A stretch of 64,000 nucleotides of DNA from Octopus sinensis (Eukaryota): positions 26,288,001-26,352,000 of the forward strand of contig NC_043021.1 in assembly GCF_006345805.1 (NCBI RefSeq), written 5' to 3'. Under the pieces are notes generated by a model, which was given only the letters and a program-made list of their open reading frames with translations, was not told where the DNA came from and did no database searches. Positions 51,219-64,000 of the stretch are shown piece after piece. Both the position numbers and the translations under genes were made by a program. Within the stretch, counting starts at the first letter, position 1, and every line of letters starts with the position of its first letter.

Positions 51219-51361
51219 CTGGAATAAAAAAAAATATAAAAAGAAACAATGAAATATTTGGGTTAGTTTTGGAAACAGGTTTTTGAAGGTAAAAGACAAG
51301 AGTCAGCTAAGAAAATCCATAAGCTGATCAAGAGACTGTCGTGGAATGGGATTAAACGAGG

Positions 51362-52250
51362 TTTATTTTTTTCAATATAGACCCCCTTGCAGTGCACACC
51401 CTTCTTCCATCCATGTTGGAGTGCTTGGATCCCATTAATGAAGAAGTTGATCAAAAAAAGTCTTGAACAGCAAATGTGATGCCATCATCACTGCAATGTT
51501 GGTTCCCAGCCATGTGTTCTTTCATGATGGTGAATAGACGATTGCCAGATGAGGTCAAATCAGAAGAACCAGGGAGGCTGACAGACCAGTTCAAAGTCAC
51601 AGTCAAACACAGCAGCCACTGGCAGAGTATACTCATGATAGGCAATAAACACAATACCATCACCTTCCCTGAAGATGAAACGACCCTGGCCTTCTTTGGA
51701 GCAGATGAGGAGAGGTGTTTCTGCTGCAAGGATTCTCTCTGTCTCTGGCTCAGTGATGAAGCCAACGCTCATCCTGGCTGAGGAAATGTTTAAGGAAACC
51801 AGTTGCAGTTGCCTGAAACAATGTCAGGTTTTCCTGTGATGTAATCAGCCTGATGTGCTTTTGATCAGGTGTCAGAAGACATGTCATCCATCAAGCAAAA
51901 ACGTTTGTCATGCCAAGTCCATTGTGCAGAATATTCCCATTTCTCTTCAGGGATATTCTAACAGCATGTGCTGTCTGATTTATACTCAATCACTTATCAT
52001 CCATCGCCATCTGGTGAACATGATCAATGTTTGTCTTGGTGGTGGCAGATGTAAGATGTCCAGACCTTGTGTCATCTTCAAGACTCTCTCTCTCTTCCCC
52101 TCCTAAATGCAGCTGCCCACTTTTTCATTGTTGATAAAGCTGGGACATCATCCTGTAATGTAGCAACCATGTCAACATGGATGTCTTTAGGGGTTAAACC
52201 TTTTTTCTGAAGGTACTTGATAACACCACGATGCTAAATTTTATCTATTT
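51362..52250 (-). pseudogene. Degraded mariner transposase
   Basis: HRGVIKYLQKKGLTPKDIH...KKWAAAFRRGRESLEDD, APKKARVVSSSGKVM, a degenerate YSPDL motif, GIQALQHGWKK...GVYIEK. Confidence 0.88.
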
Positions 52251-55200
52251 TCTAGAGAATTCGATACTAATTACTTTTGAAGTGTTCTTTGAAGAGTCAG
52301 ATGTCAGTTTAGCTGGAAAGAAACAAAGCAGTTATTAATAAGAAGAGCTGAAATGAACACATGCAAGATCTCACAACTCTAGCATCACTCTTTCATAGTC
52401 AACCTTTGAACTCTACAGCTCATCCTCATCGAAGGGAAACTACTACTCACAGAATCTGGGAAGTTGCCAGGTCTTCAGCACTATTACATCTTTGGTCAAG
52501 ATACTTAATTTCGAAAGGGAGAGTATTTTCCCCTCTGCTCTGTGTGTGTGTCTATGTATGTGAGTGTGTGTGGTTACCAGTGAGGGCCTTTGAACATCAA
52601 TACCTAATGGTATTTTCTCCTACAAAAGTTACTTCCATTTATGCAAAGTTGCCTTAGCTTTTCTTCCCTTAAGAGATTAATAAAGTGCATGTGGTTGAAA
52701 TTGACTAAAACCTTTGGATGCAGTGCCCCAGCATGGCCACAGTCTAGTGACTGAACTCAATAACAGTTTAATTTAATGGCTGTGACAATTCCCCAGTAAA
52801 ATGGAATAAGTTCCTCATTAGGCTGCAGCGCTAATTATGGTTTGTTCTCAACACAAAATGTTACCTGCAAATTAACAGATGAACTGGTCCTTAATCTAAC
52901 CCTATTGATACCAATATCCCTGAGATTGACCCTGGTTCTGATACAAACATTATGGTTTAACCCTTTAGCATTCAGATTACTCTGTCAAATTTAATCTTTA
53001 TTTATCCACACTGTTTTCAATTAATCCTGAATTATATCATAGCTTCAAGATTTTAATAATGTGATTGTTTATTTTTTTAAATGACATTGTAGGGTAGGTG
53101 TGAGAGGTCAACAAAAGAAACCAAGAGAAAAAGTACCAGACTTAAAAATACAAATCCTGGGGTCAATTGTTCGACCAGAAACCCTTCAAGATGGTGCCCC
53201 AGCATGGCCACAGTCCAATGACTAAAGTAACAAAGAAGGGGTAAAAAACTTGTTCACATCATTTGCCTCCGTACAGCCATGAACATGGCTACGTGGACGT
53301 GGCTGGTGTTTGATACATTGGTAGATTATTAGCTCAACAGGAAACCCGTGGATGTTGGAGACAGGAAGAGCATCCAGTTGTCAGAATGTCTCCCCTGACT
53401 TTTGTCTCACCCATGCATCTTCGTTTTAGCTTCTGCATTTCCATGCAAGCACGGAGGTTAAGACAATGACGAAACTGGCCAGTGGCTTTGGTGACAGCAA
53501 CAACGAAGACAAATGAATCTCATTTAGCACTGGAGACCAACAATGAATTTGGCAATTTTCCTTTTGAAAACTTCTAACTTGAGCTTTTACTAGTTTCATT
53601 AATTTGGTAGGGGCCATGCTGGGCTTTTAAGGGTTCCAGGAAATTTTCAATCCTTGTGTTTTGGGTTTTATTATAAGAAACTCTTTGAAAAGGCAAAGTA
53701 GATCTAGCCTAAAACTGGGACTAAATTTGGCAGAGACAATACCACAAGGTATTCTTTTTTTCTGATGCACCAATTCTATATAAAGCATTTTTTGTTTGAC
53801 ACACTGATCCCTTACTCTTTCTTTCTCACACACACACAACCATTCTCGACATCAAATTTTGAAGCCACCCTACAATGAGAGCAGCTAAAACATCAATAGT
53901 TACAAATATATTATGATTATTATTTCTAAGAATGTCAGACTCGTCAAAGGAATGTCAAATTATCCTCGAAGAAATCATAGAATCAGACAAGATAATGAAG
54001 AAGTAACTCTGTTGAAAAAAATATATATATACAAAGAAAATGGGAGAAAAAATGCCAAATGTTAAGAGAACATTCTAGAGATTCCATTGATAAAGAGCAG
54101 AGATAAATAAAATATTGCAAATTGTATTAGTATGTTGTGACTAACACATGTTTAGAATAGATAAATAATGGTGTCTTGGAGGTAACATTGAAGAAAAGTT
54201 GTTCAGTGATGTCAGAGCAATGCTGAGACGTGTTGGGAGTGGAATGGCAGATCTTCACTTTTGTTAGACTCATCAACATCATCACCATCTGCTTTTCCAT
54301 GTTTGCACGGATCAGATGGAGTTTATTGAGGTTGATTTCTGATAGCTGGATGCTGTCACCAACATTCTTTTGTTTCCAAGTCGGGTAAATATCTTCCCAT
54401 GGTAGGACATGTCTTTACAGAAGATTGGAAACAATGGACGCCACTTATATAACGGTGAAACTCATTTACAACTATCATGCAGAGTCAAGACCACACACAC
54501 ACACAACAGACTTTTTTTCAGTTCCTGCCACCAAAATCCATTCCCAAGGCTTTGGTGGTCATTATTTTAAATCAAAAACATGGATCTCTAAACAAAGGGC
54601 AGGTGTTCTGGAGTTCAACAAGTTGCTGGTTAATATATGTACAACTAACACTCAGAGCAAAATTTATCTCCTTAAATATAATTTTGGTAAAGATTTCTTA
54701 GGGAACTTCTTGGCACTGTTTAATTTAACTCTGGTGATTGGTTTGTCTTTTCAATTTAGTCAGCCTACATGGCATAGAATCTTCTAGAATACAGGTTTTT
54801 GCCACTGTATTCATGTGAACAAACTCCAGTTAAGGTCTCCACTCAAAATCTTGTCTTCAATGTTCAATAGAATGTTCTGAGTAGCTTCCAATAAGCATTC
54901 TTTGAGCCCAATTGTAACATGAAAATTTAGTGTGGTGGTCAGTCATGGATTTTTCCCTGGTGGTTCACAATTTGAGGCAGGTTGTGTGTGTGTGTGTGTG
55001 TGTAGACAATGACTACACCAAAGTTTAAGTTTTCAAATATTTTATTAACCTGCATCATTATATTTACAAATGTAATAGTAGCAGCGGCAGCAGCAGCAGC
55101 AGCAGTACGGGAGCTGGAACAGTGTGTCGCTGCATCCAACATTTGTTGGTGATTCCCTACTACTTCTGGTGAATGACATATTTGCACCACCCTCCAGGTG

Positions 55201-56789
55201 ACAATCCTCCAACCCACGGGTCTGTTTTGGGGTAATTGTTGCTGGTGAGGGTTTTAATGATGTCTGAGTGTAAATCCCACCTCAACCTCTTTTAGTCCCC
55301 TTCTACAATATGAAGAAGAATCGTTGGGTCTATTCTTTCCCATGCAGCTCCCCTCACCACACAACTTTTACAAATGTACACCAAATAAATCAATAAAACT
55401 CAATGAACATATCGGTCAGGAATATTCTGTATGGAACTTGTTGGAGAAGGTAAAAGGCAGAGCAAAGAATTAATGTGTGTTACCTGGCACTGAAAATTAT
55501 GGTTGGTGTCTGTTGTCAAATAAGACCAAAGCATGTTACTTACACAAGGGAAAGAGGAAAAGAGAGAGAGAAACCAACTCACTGAGACAATCAACATAGA
55601 TTCCCCTCGAAAGGTAACGACTCTCTGACCTCAGGTTGAATTTCCCAGTTTTTATAGATGTAAGCTAGCTTCTAGAATCTTCTGCTAAATTATTTGGTGG
55701 GAAAACTTGTTGAATTAGTTTGAAGTTTGCCACAGAAACCAGAACAAGTCAACCAGTGCTAAGTGGGTCAGCCATATCCACATCGAAGCTAATATCTTTT
55801 ATGGCAAATTTTCTTCTTTTATGGAGATGTATTGTGGTTCTAGACTGGAGAAATCTAAGAGCTATGGTTCAAATCTCAACCAGGGTCTCATTACAAATTG
55901 AGCAAATTAAAGATTTGGATCCTCCTAGAAGACTTGTATTAATAAGCATGCCAAACCTATCTGCTGTGCTGAAATTCTATTAGGGAGTGATTTAGATAAC
56001 CTAATTACGGAGCTCTGCTTGTCTAATTTAGAAAACTGGGAAGTCTGTTGAGCAGGATACAGAGGTGACGTTGTGTGACATGGATTAGATTCCACTAATT
56101 TATGGTTTTTCTTGAAATAGTGATATTCTTTTGTTTCTCTAATTCTTAAAAATATAAGGCACAATGGATGTAAGAAGAGATTTTGGACTGCTGACCACAT
56201 ATCCAGTAGAGGTTCATCAGCTCTGAAACTGTGTTGCAGTAGGGGGGTGGGGGTAACTTCTGCTACTACTTACATGTAGCTGGGTGATTAAGAAGCTCAC
56301 TTTTCATCCACACGGTTTCAGGTTCAGTCCCACTGCGTGGTATCTTTTCAAGTCCCCAAGTGTCTTCTATAATAGACCTGAGCTGATCAAACCATTGTCA
56401 GTGGATTTAGCAGAAGCAAACTGAAAGGAGCTTGTTTGTTTGTTTGTGTGTGTGTGTGCACAGCATTAGTTGGGCCTGGGTTCAATTGCTGGCAGAGGAA
56501 GGCACAGACATGGCTGTGTGGTAAGGAGCTTGCTTCACAACCACACGGTTCCAGGTTCAGTCCCACTGCATGGCACATTGGGCAAATACCTTCTGCTATA
56601 GCCTCAGGCTGACCAAAGCCTTGTGAGTGGATTTGGTAGACGGAAACTGAAAGAAGCCCAATGTATATACATACATACATACACACACACACATGTATAA
56701 ACACAAACACACCACACATATATGTATACACACACATACACACATATGTATAAACACACACACGCATATATATACATATGTATACCTAC

Positions 56790-56829
<40 letters not shown>

Positions 56830-56830
<1 letters not shown>

Positions 56831-58328
56831 TCATCATAAAAATTGTTTAACGTCCGTTTTCGTTGCTAGCATAGGCTGGATGGTTTGACCAGGGTCTGGG
56901 AAGCCAGGGGGCTGCACCAGGCTCCAGTCTGATCTGGCAGTGTTTCTACAGTTGGATGCCCTTCCTAACGCCAACCACTCCGTGAGTGTAGTGGGTGCTT
57001 TTTACATGCCACCAAACCAGGGGCCAGAGGAGGCTGTCAATGGCCACAATCGGTTTGTGTTTTTTACATGCCGGTATGGGTATCACAACTACAATTTTCA
57101 TTTGATTTTCATTTTGATGTTGATGTACTTGACTTAATAGGTCTCCTCATGCACAGCAGGTCACCCTATGATCCAAGGTACTTTTGAATGGGCTGGGGCT
57201 GTTTATACAAAACTGGTGTAGGATACAGCCGTCAACTCACTTTATTTGCCAGGTTGTCGCAGCCACAGCAGATCTCCAGAGGTCTCGATCTTTTGTCATT
57301 GCCTCTGTGAGGCCCAACGTTTGAAGATCATGCTTGACCACCTCATCCCATGTCTTCCTGGGTCTACCTCTACTCTGGATTCCTCCAACTGTTTGGGAGT
57401 GGCACTTTTTCACACATCTCTCCTCATCTATCCATAGTACATGACCATACCATCGCAAACGTCTCTCTTGCACACTACATCCGATGCTTCTTATGTCCAG
57501 CATTTCTCTCAGGGTGCTTACACTCTGTCCATGTGTGCACACCGACATTACACTTTCAGTGGATCATGCTAGCTTCATTTCTTTCAAGCCTACACATGTC
57601 CTCTACAGTCACGGCCCATGTTTCACTACCGTGAAGCATGGCAGTTCGCACACATGCATCGTACAATCTACCTTTCACTCTGAGTGAGAGACCCTTTGTC
57701 GCCAGTAGGGGTAGGAGCTTTCTAAACTTTGCCCAGGCTATTCTTATTCTAGTGGTAACACTCTCTGAGCATCCACCCCTGCTACTAACTTGGTCACCTA
57801 GGTAGCGGAAACTATCTACTACTTCTAGTTTCTTCGCCTGGAGTGTGATGGAATCTATTTTCTGAGCATCTGTGGTGTCTATTGCCCCCCCTGTGCATCT
57901 GCTGCACATGAAAGCTATCTTCCCAGTTAATCTTCTTTTGACATTGCTGCACCTCTTATGTGTCCATAGCTTACACTGGGTACATCTTATGGAGTTTCTA
58001 CCTATACCTTTTCTGTAGATCGAGCAGGGCCACCTACCTGAAGGGGTGTATGATGTGTTCACCTTCCTACTTACTAAAACTTAGGTCTTTGCTACATTGA
58101 CTCTAAGACCTTTTGATTCTAAGCCTTGCTTCCACACCTGAAATTTCTTTTCTAGTTCCGGTAGTGATTCCGCTATGAGAGCCAGGTAATCAGCATAGAG
58201 GAGCCTCCAGGGGCAACCCATCTTGAATTGCTCTGTTATTGCCTGGAGGACTATGATGAATAAAAGGGGGCTGAGGGATGAACCTTGGTGGACCCCTACT
58301 TCTACATGGAACTCTTCACTATACTCAT
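56830..58328 (-). mobile_element. 5'-truncated RTE LINE copy (same subfamily as 26208-28412)
   Basis: RT C-terminal half with LLYADYL, Cys/His finger, FRYLGD, RLRWYGH and the 3' UTR. Confidence 0.95.
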
Positions 58329-58353
58329 TATATATATATATGTATACCTACAT

Positions 58354-58388
<35 letters not shown>

Positions 58389-58463
58389 CACATATACCTA
58401 TATATATATATATGTATACATACATATATACATAACATAAATATACATAAATACATACATACA

Positions 58464-58499
<36 letters not shown>

Positions 58500-58639
58500 T
58501 ACATACATACATATATACATAAATACATATTTTTTTAGATATATATATATAACTGAAATTTACAAAAAACAAAAGATGAAGACAGGTGTATAAACAACAA
58601 ACAGGTGTATTAGTTTAATGCTCGGGAAAGTGAGGAAGT

Positions 58640-58678
58640 CTTTTACATTTCAAGCCTACGCTCTTCAACAGAAAGGAA
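58640..58678 (-). ncRNA. Degenerate hammerhead-like motif in a Penelope-like tail
   Basis: UUGAAGA-GC-GUAG-GC-UU-GAAA-UG-UA-AAAG; the core carries substitutions. Confidence 0.35.
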
Positions 58679-58750
58679 CACAAGAAAATAAACAGAGAGA
58701 GAATTAAAAAAAGAAAGCTTTAGTAGCTAGCAGTCAATCACCACACATTT

Positions 58751-58796
<46 letters not shown>

Positions 58797-58802
58797 TATA
58801 TA

Positions 58803-61400
58803 AGACAACCGGAGGTTTCTAAGGGATAACCTGCTGAGAGCCACTGACCAGATCTGTGGCTGGTGCAAAGTCCCCTCTCAACCCAAAATAACGTGGTGGT
58901 GGAACAATGTTGTAGACAGGGCTATTAAACAAAAGAAACAGGCTTGGAAGGACTGGAAGAACGGAGGTAGCAGGGAACTGTATTAGACTGCCAGAAGGGA
59001 AGCTAGGAGACAGGTTTATTTAGCCAGAGGGGAAGCAGATAAGAAAAAATTTGCCAATATTCTGCACCGTGGGGACCAAAGACTTGAGGTATTCTGTGTT
59101 GTAAGACAGTGTGTAAGAGAGAATTGTGATGTGGTAGGAGAGAAATGTGTTCGCATGGATGATGGCTCACTTGCGCTAAATGAAGATGCAAAGAGAGAGG
59201 TTTAGAGACACCACTATGAAAGGTTGCTGAATAAAGAAAATGAATGGGATAAAGAGAGTCTGCCGAATGTCGACCCAACAGAGGGACCAGCTATCCGAGT
59301 TGACAGTTCCTTAGTAGTTAAGGTAATTAGAAGCATGAAGACAGGGAAAGCCCCATGCCCATCAGGAATTACTGCAGGGATGCTTAAAATATCTGGTAGG
59401 GTCGGCTATAGCCTAGTCACCCGTATAGTTAATCAGGTGATACACGAAGGAGTCATACCCAATTGACTGGTGTAACAGCATAATAGTCAACTGCTACAAA
59501 GGTAAAGGTAACGCCCTAGATACAAATAATTACAGAGGTATGACGCTGTTGGATCAGGTAATGAAGGTCACGGAGAGGGTCATAGCCCAACTGATTAGGG
59601 AGAGAGTCAGCTTGGATGAGATGCAGTTTGGTTTCGTGCCAGGGAAAAGCACCACTGATGCCATATTCCTGGTAAGACAGCTGCAGGAGAAATACCAAGC
59701 CAAAGATAAGGCCCTGTACCTGGCTTTCATTGACATGGAGAAAGCCTTCGACAGGGTCCCCTGATTCCTTATCTGGTGGTCAATGAGGAAACTAGGGATA
59801 GATGAATGGTTAGTGAGAGCTGTGCGAGCCATGTACAGGGACGCTGCTAGTAAGGTGAGGGTTGGCAACGAGTACAGTGAAGAATTCCGGGTAGAGGTAG
59901 GGGTCCACCAAGGTTCAGTCCTCAGCCCCCTCCTATTTATCATAGTCCTCCAGGCAATAACGGAGGAATTCAAGACAGGATGCCCCTGGGAGCTCCTCTA
60001 TGCTGATGACCTTGCTCTAATTGCTGAGTCACTATCAGAACTAGAGGCAAAGTTTCAAGTGTGGAGACAAGGATTAGAATTGAAGGGCCTTAAAATCAAC
60101 CTAGCTAAAACCAAAGTCCTAATATGTAGGAAGGCAGGCAAATCACAAATGCCTTCAGATAGATGGCCCTGCTCGATCTGTAGAAAAGGCGTAGGTAGAA
60201 AGATGCACCAAGAGTAAGCTATGGACACATAAGAGGTGCAGCAATATCAAAGGAAGGCTAACTGACTGGGAAGATAGTTTTTGTATGTGGCAGATGCTCA
60301 GGAGCAATAAACACTGAAAATGCTCAGAGACCAACTTCTGCCACATTCCAGGGAGAAAAACTAGAAGTAGTTGATAGCTTCTGTTACCTAGGTGACCAAG
60401 TCAGTAGCGGGTGTGCTGAAAGTGTAACTGCTAGAGTAAGAATAGCCTGGGCAAAGTTCAGAGAGCTCCTACCTCTGCTGGTGACAAAAGGCCTCTCGCT
60501 CAGAGTAAAAGGTAGACTGTATGATGCATGTGTGTACGAACAGCCATGCTACATGGCAGTGAAACTTGGGCCGTGACTGCTGAGGATATGCGTAAGCTCG
60601 CAAGAAATGAAGCCAGTATGCTCCGATGGATGTGTAATGTCAGTGTTCATACTCGACAGAGTGTAAGTACCTAGAGAGAAAAGTTGGACCTAAGAAGCAT
60701 TAGTTGTGGTGTGCAAGAGAGACGTTTGCGCTGGTATGGTCATGTAGCGAGAATGGATGAAGATAGTTGTGTGAAAAAGTGCCACATCCTAGCGGGAACC
60801 TGTGTAAGAGGTAGACCCAGGAAAACCTGGGACGAGGTGGTGAAGCACGACCTTTGAACTTTAGGTCTTACCGAGGAAATGACCAGAGACCGAGACCTTT
60901 GGAAGTATGCTGTTCGTGGGAAGACCCGGCAGGACAAGTGAGACTATAACCCGTGGCCTCTACCTGGGACATAGCCAGCCCACTTATGCATACCTTTCCT
61001 TCTTGTGACACAAACCCTACTTGTGAAGATCTGTTGAGGCAAGTGAAAATCAAAATCAAAATCGATCAACATCAATGGAAATTGTAGCTGTGATACCGTA
61101 AGAGAACCATCCGAACGTGGCCGTTGCCAACGCTGCCCCGACTGGCCTCCGTGCTGGTAGCACGTAAAAAGCATCATCTGATCGTGGCCGTTTGCCAGCC
61201 TCGTCTGGCACCTGTGCTGGTGGCATGTAAAAAGTACCCACTACACTCTCGGAGTGGTTGGCATTAGGAAGGGCATCCAGCTGTAGAAACACTGCCAGAT
61301 CAGACTGGGCCTGGTGCAGCCTTCTGGCTTCCCAGACACCAGTTGAACCGTCCAACCCATGCTAGCATGGAAAACGAACATTAAACGATGATGATGATGA
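58803..61400 (+). mobile_element. RTE LINE copy, 5'-truncated, with stops and frameshifts
   Basis: TWWWNNVV, NYRGMTLL, QFGFVPGKSTTDAIF, LLYADDL at 59999-60010; (GAT)n tail. Confidence 0.95.
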
Positions 61401-61667
61401 TATATTGGACAAACAGGAATATCACTCCATCGAAGAACCACCATCCACAAAGAGCAAATCCGCCACCCACAATACAGACAGTTACAGGTTAGTGAACATG
61501 TAGAGAGGTGTGTCAGGAATCTTAATCCTAATTTCCAAATCTTCCCCTTCTATCAATGTTCACAGAACACCACAATGCAACAAAGGTTGAATAAAGAGGC
61601 AATTTTCATCAATAAATATCTTCCCCAACTAAATATGAACACACAACTTAATACAGAACACCACTAA
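61401..61667 (+). pseudogene. Penelope-like element GIY-YIG endonuclease C-terminal fragment
   Basis: 88 open codons: YIGQTGISLHRRTTIHKEQIRH...VSEH...RLNKEAIFINKYLPQLN; absent from the ORF track; followed by 3' UTR with CGAAACCATGGTA near 61856. Confidence 0.85.
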
Positions 61668-62984
61668 CCCTTCAATTAACACCACTAACCCCTGTACACT
61701 CCCTACACCATTCACATTACAATTCTATATCTAACACAACTGCACTAAATCCAGAACTACTTACCTCCCTTACAAATAATCTTTTTACTCAGGAACTATT
61801 AGACCTGACACCGTTCATTAGCCGGTGTTTATTCAAAGCAATGTATAGCTTATGACGAAACCATGGTATACTTTGTTTTCTGACTATTTAATCATCTCAC
61901 AATAATGACTTTTATGACTTTTATTACTACCTCTAAATGTAAATATCTGTCGTTATCTTTCATAAAAAGCCTTTTCTGTTTTTCATATTTTCCCCTTACA
62001 TTTTATATTTTCTTTTTGTAACATATTTCTACTATATATATATATATATATATATATATGTCAAAACGAATTTGTGTCAGTGTCATGCTTTGACCCCCTC
62101 TCTCACTATTCAATGACACTTCTTCTACTCCTCTTGCAGGGGTGAGAGTAATAGTAGGCATAGAGATGGTGAGGTGGGGTTGTAGATTGCCGGTTGTGAT
62201 GGTAATGGGGTGATAGTAATAGTATGAGCAGTAGTTGAGATAGAGGCAGAGGCGAGAGTGCTGGTGGTGGTGGTAGTAGCTGAGGTGGTGAAGCATGCCC
62301 GTGATAGTGAATGGTGTGAAAGACAGTGGTGATGGTGGTGGAGGAGACAGCCACGAAGTCAAAGGTGTTGATGGTGGTGGTGCCAGAAGTCTGAATGGTG
62401 TGTGTATGGCAGTTGAGGTGGCGATGGTGGTGGTGCTGGTGATGGCTGAAAACAATCAACAGAAAGAAAGAGAGAGAGAAGGAAAGAGGTTAGACAGAAA
62501 AAGAAATTGTACTGATCCCCCCCCCCCACGGGAAGGCAAAAAATGTTGTTTGTCATGAAGCTTTGCATATTATATCATTGTTTTGATGAAAATTGTTCAT
62601 TGCTTGAAAAATATTGGTGAAGTTTAATAAAATTTAATATATACTCAATGCATAAAGTGTCATTGTTGGGCTCAAGGCCCAATGAAGAGCCCTCCACAGG
62701 GGCTAGCCTATAGAGCAGCTTTTAAGCTAGTGCACACACACGTGTGTGTGTGTGTGTGTTTGTCCCCCACCACAGCTGGTGTTGATGTGTTTACATCCCT
62801 GTAACTTAGTGGTTGAGCAAAAGAGATCGATAGACTAGGTACCAAGCTTAAAAGAAAACAAATAAGTCCTGGAGTCAACTCATTTGACTTAAAACTCTTC
62901 AAGGCAGTGCCCCAGCATGGCCACAGTCCAATGACAAAAACATGTGAAATAGAAGGGGAAAAAAATTAAAATGGATTAAATCTA

Positions 62985-64000
62985 TGCAGTGTGTGCATGC
63001 GTGTGTGTGTGCATGTATGTGTGTGTGCATGTATGTGTGTGTGCATGTATGTGTGTGTGCATGTATGTGTGTGTGCATGTGTGTGTGTGTGCATGTGTGT
63101 GTGTGCATGTATGTGTGTGTGCATGTGTGTGTGTGTGCATGTGTGTGTGTGCATGTGTGTGTGTGTGCATGCGTGTGTGTGTGCATGTATGTGTGTGCAT
63201 GTATGTGTGTGTGCATGCATGTGTGTGTGCATGTATGTGTGTGTGCATGTGTGTGTGTGTGGTGTGTGTGCATGTGTGTGTGCATGTGTGTGTGTGCATG
63301 CGTGGTGTGTGCATGTATGTGTGTGTGCATGTATGTGTGTGTGCATGCGTGTGTGTGTGCATGTATGTGTGTGTGTGCATGTGTGTGTGTGCATGCGTGT
63401 GTGTGTGCATGTATGTGTGTGTGCATGTGTGTGTGTGTGCATGTGTGTGTGTGTGCATGCGTGTGTGTGTGCATGTGTGTGTGTGTGCATGCGTGTGTGT
63501 GTGCATGTATGTGTGTGTGCATGCGTGTGTGTGTGCATGTATGTGTGTGCATGTGTGGTGTGTGTGCATGCGTGTGTGTGTGCATGCGTGTGTGTGCATG
63601 CGTGTGTGTGTGCATGTATGTGTGTGTGCATGTATGTGTGTGTGCATGTGTGTGTGCATGTATGTGTGTGTGCATGTATGTGTGTGTGCATGCGTGTGTG
63701 TGTGCATGTATGTGTGTGTGCATGTGTGTGTGTGTGTGCATGTGTGTGTGTGTGCATGCGTGTGTGTGTGTGCATGCGTGTGTGTGTGTGCATGTATGTG
63801 TGTGTGCATGTATGTGTGTGTGCATGTGTGTGTGTGTGCATGTGTGTGTGCATGCGTGTGTGTGTGCATGTGTGTGTGTGTGCATGTATGTGTGTGTGCA
63901 TGTGTGTGTGTGTGCATGTGTGTGTGTGTGCATGCGTGTGTGTGTGCATGTGTGTGTGTGCATGCGTGTGTGTGTGCATGTGTGTGTGTGTGCATGTATG
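62985..64000. repeat. Compound GCAT(GT)n micro/minisatellite, at least 1 kb
   Basis: Units of about 12-18 bp: GCATG(T/C)(A/G)TGTGTGTGT; runs to the window end. Confidence 0.97.

Noticed and set aside
62003-62568. Thr/Pro/His-rich ORFs
   Set aside because: Degenerate (GGT/GAT)n low-complexity sequence with no domain or splice support.
62899-63995. 337-354 aa His/Thr-rich ORFs
   Set aside because: All three frames are open only because the simple repeat lacks stop codons.

Overview
AT-rich, microsatellite-dense animal genomic DNA; the SINE, RTE-LINE and Helitron repertoire suggests an octopus (inference). Two convergent spliced genes flank a repeat-rich interval. On +, the last five coding exons of a PHF21A/BHC80 orthologue (AT-hook, PHD finger, coiled coil; 3197-11586). 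On -, the last coding exon of an SLC45A3-like transporter (50922-51218). Other content: three large RTE-clade LINE copies, four Helitrons (one with a PIF1 helicase remnant), hAT, mariner, Merlin-like and piggyBac-like elements, many tRNA-derived SINEs, a 6.6-kb 53/54-bp satellite with higher-order structure, and a Penelope GIY-YIG fragment. The most notable signal is a dispersed set of Penelope-type minimal hammerhead ribozyme motifs, several within or beside fold-back palindromes. One is a twin-ribozyme palindrome and one is the tail of an element with a tRNA-like (Pol III) head. Most ORF-track entries are microsatellite or repeat artefacts. All calls were made by eye; repeat boundaries are approximate.
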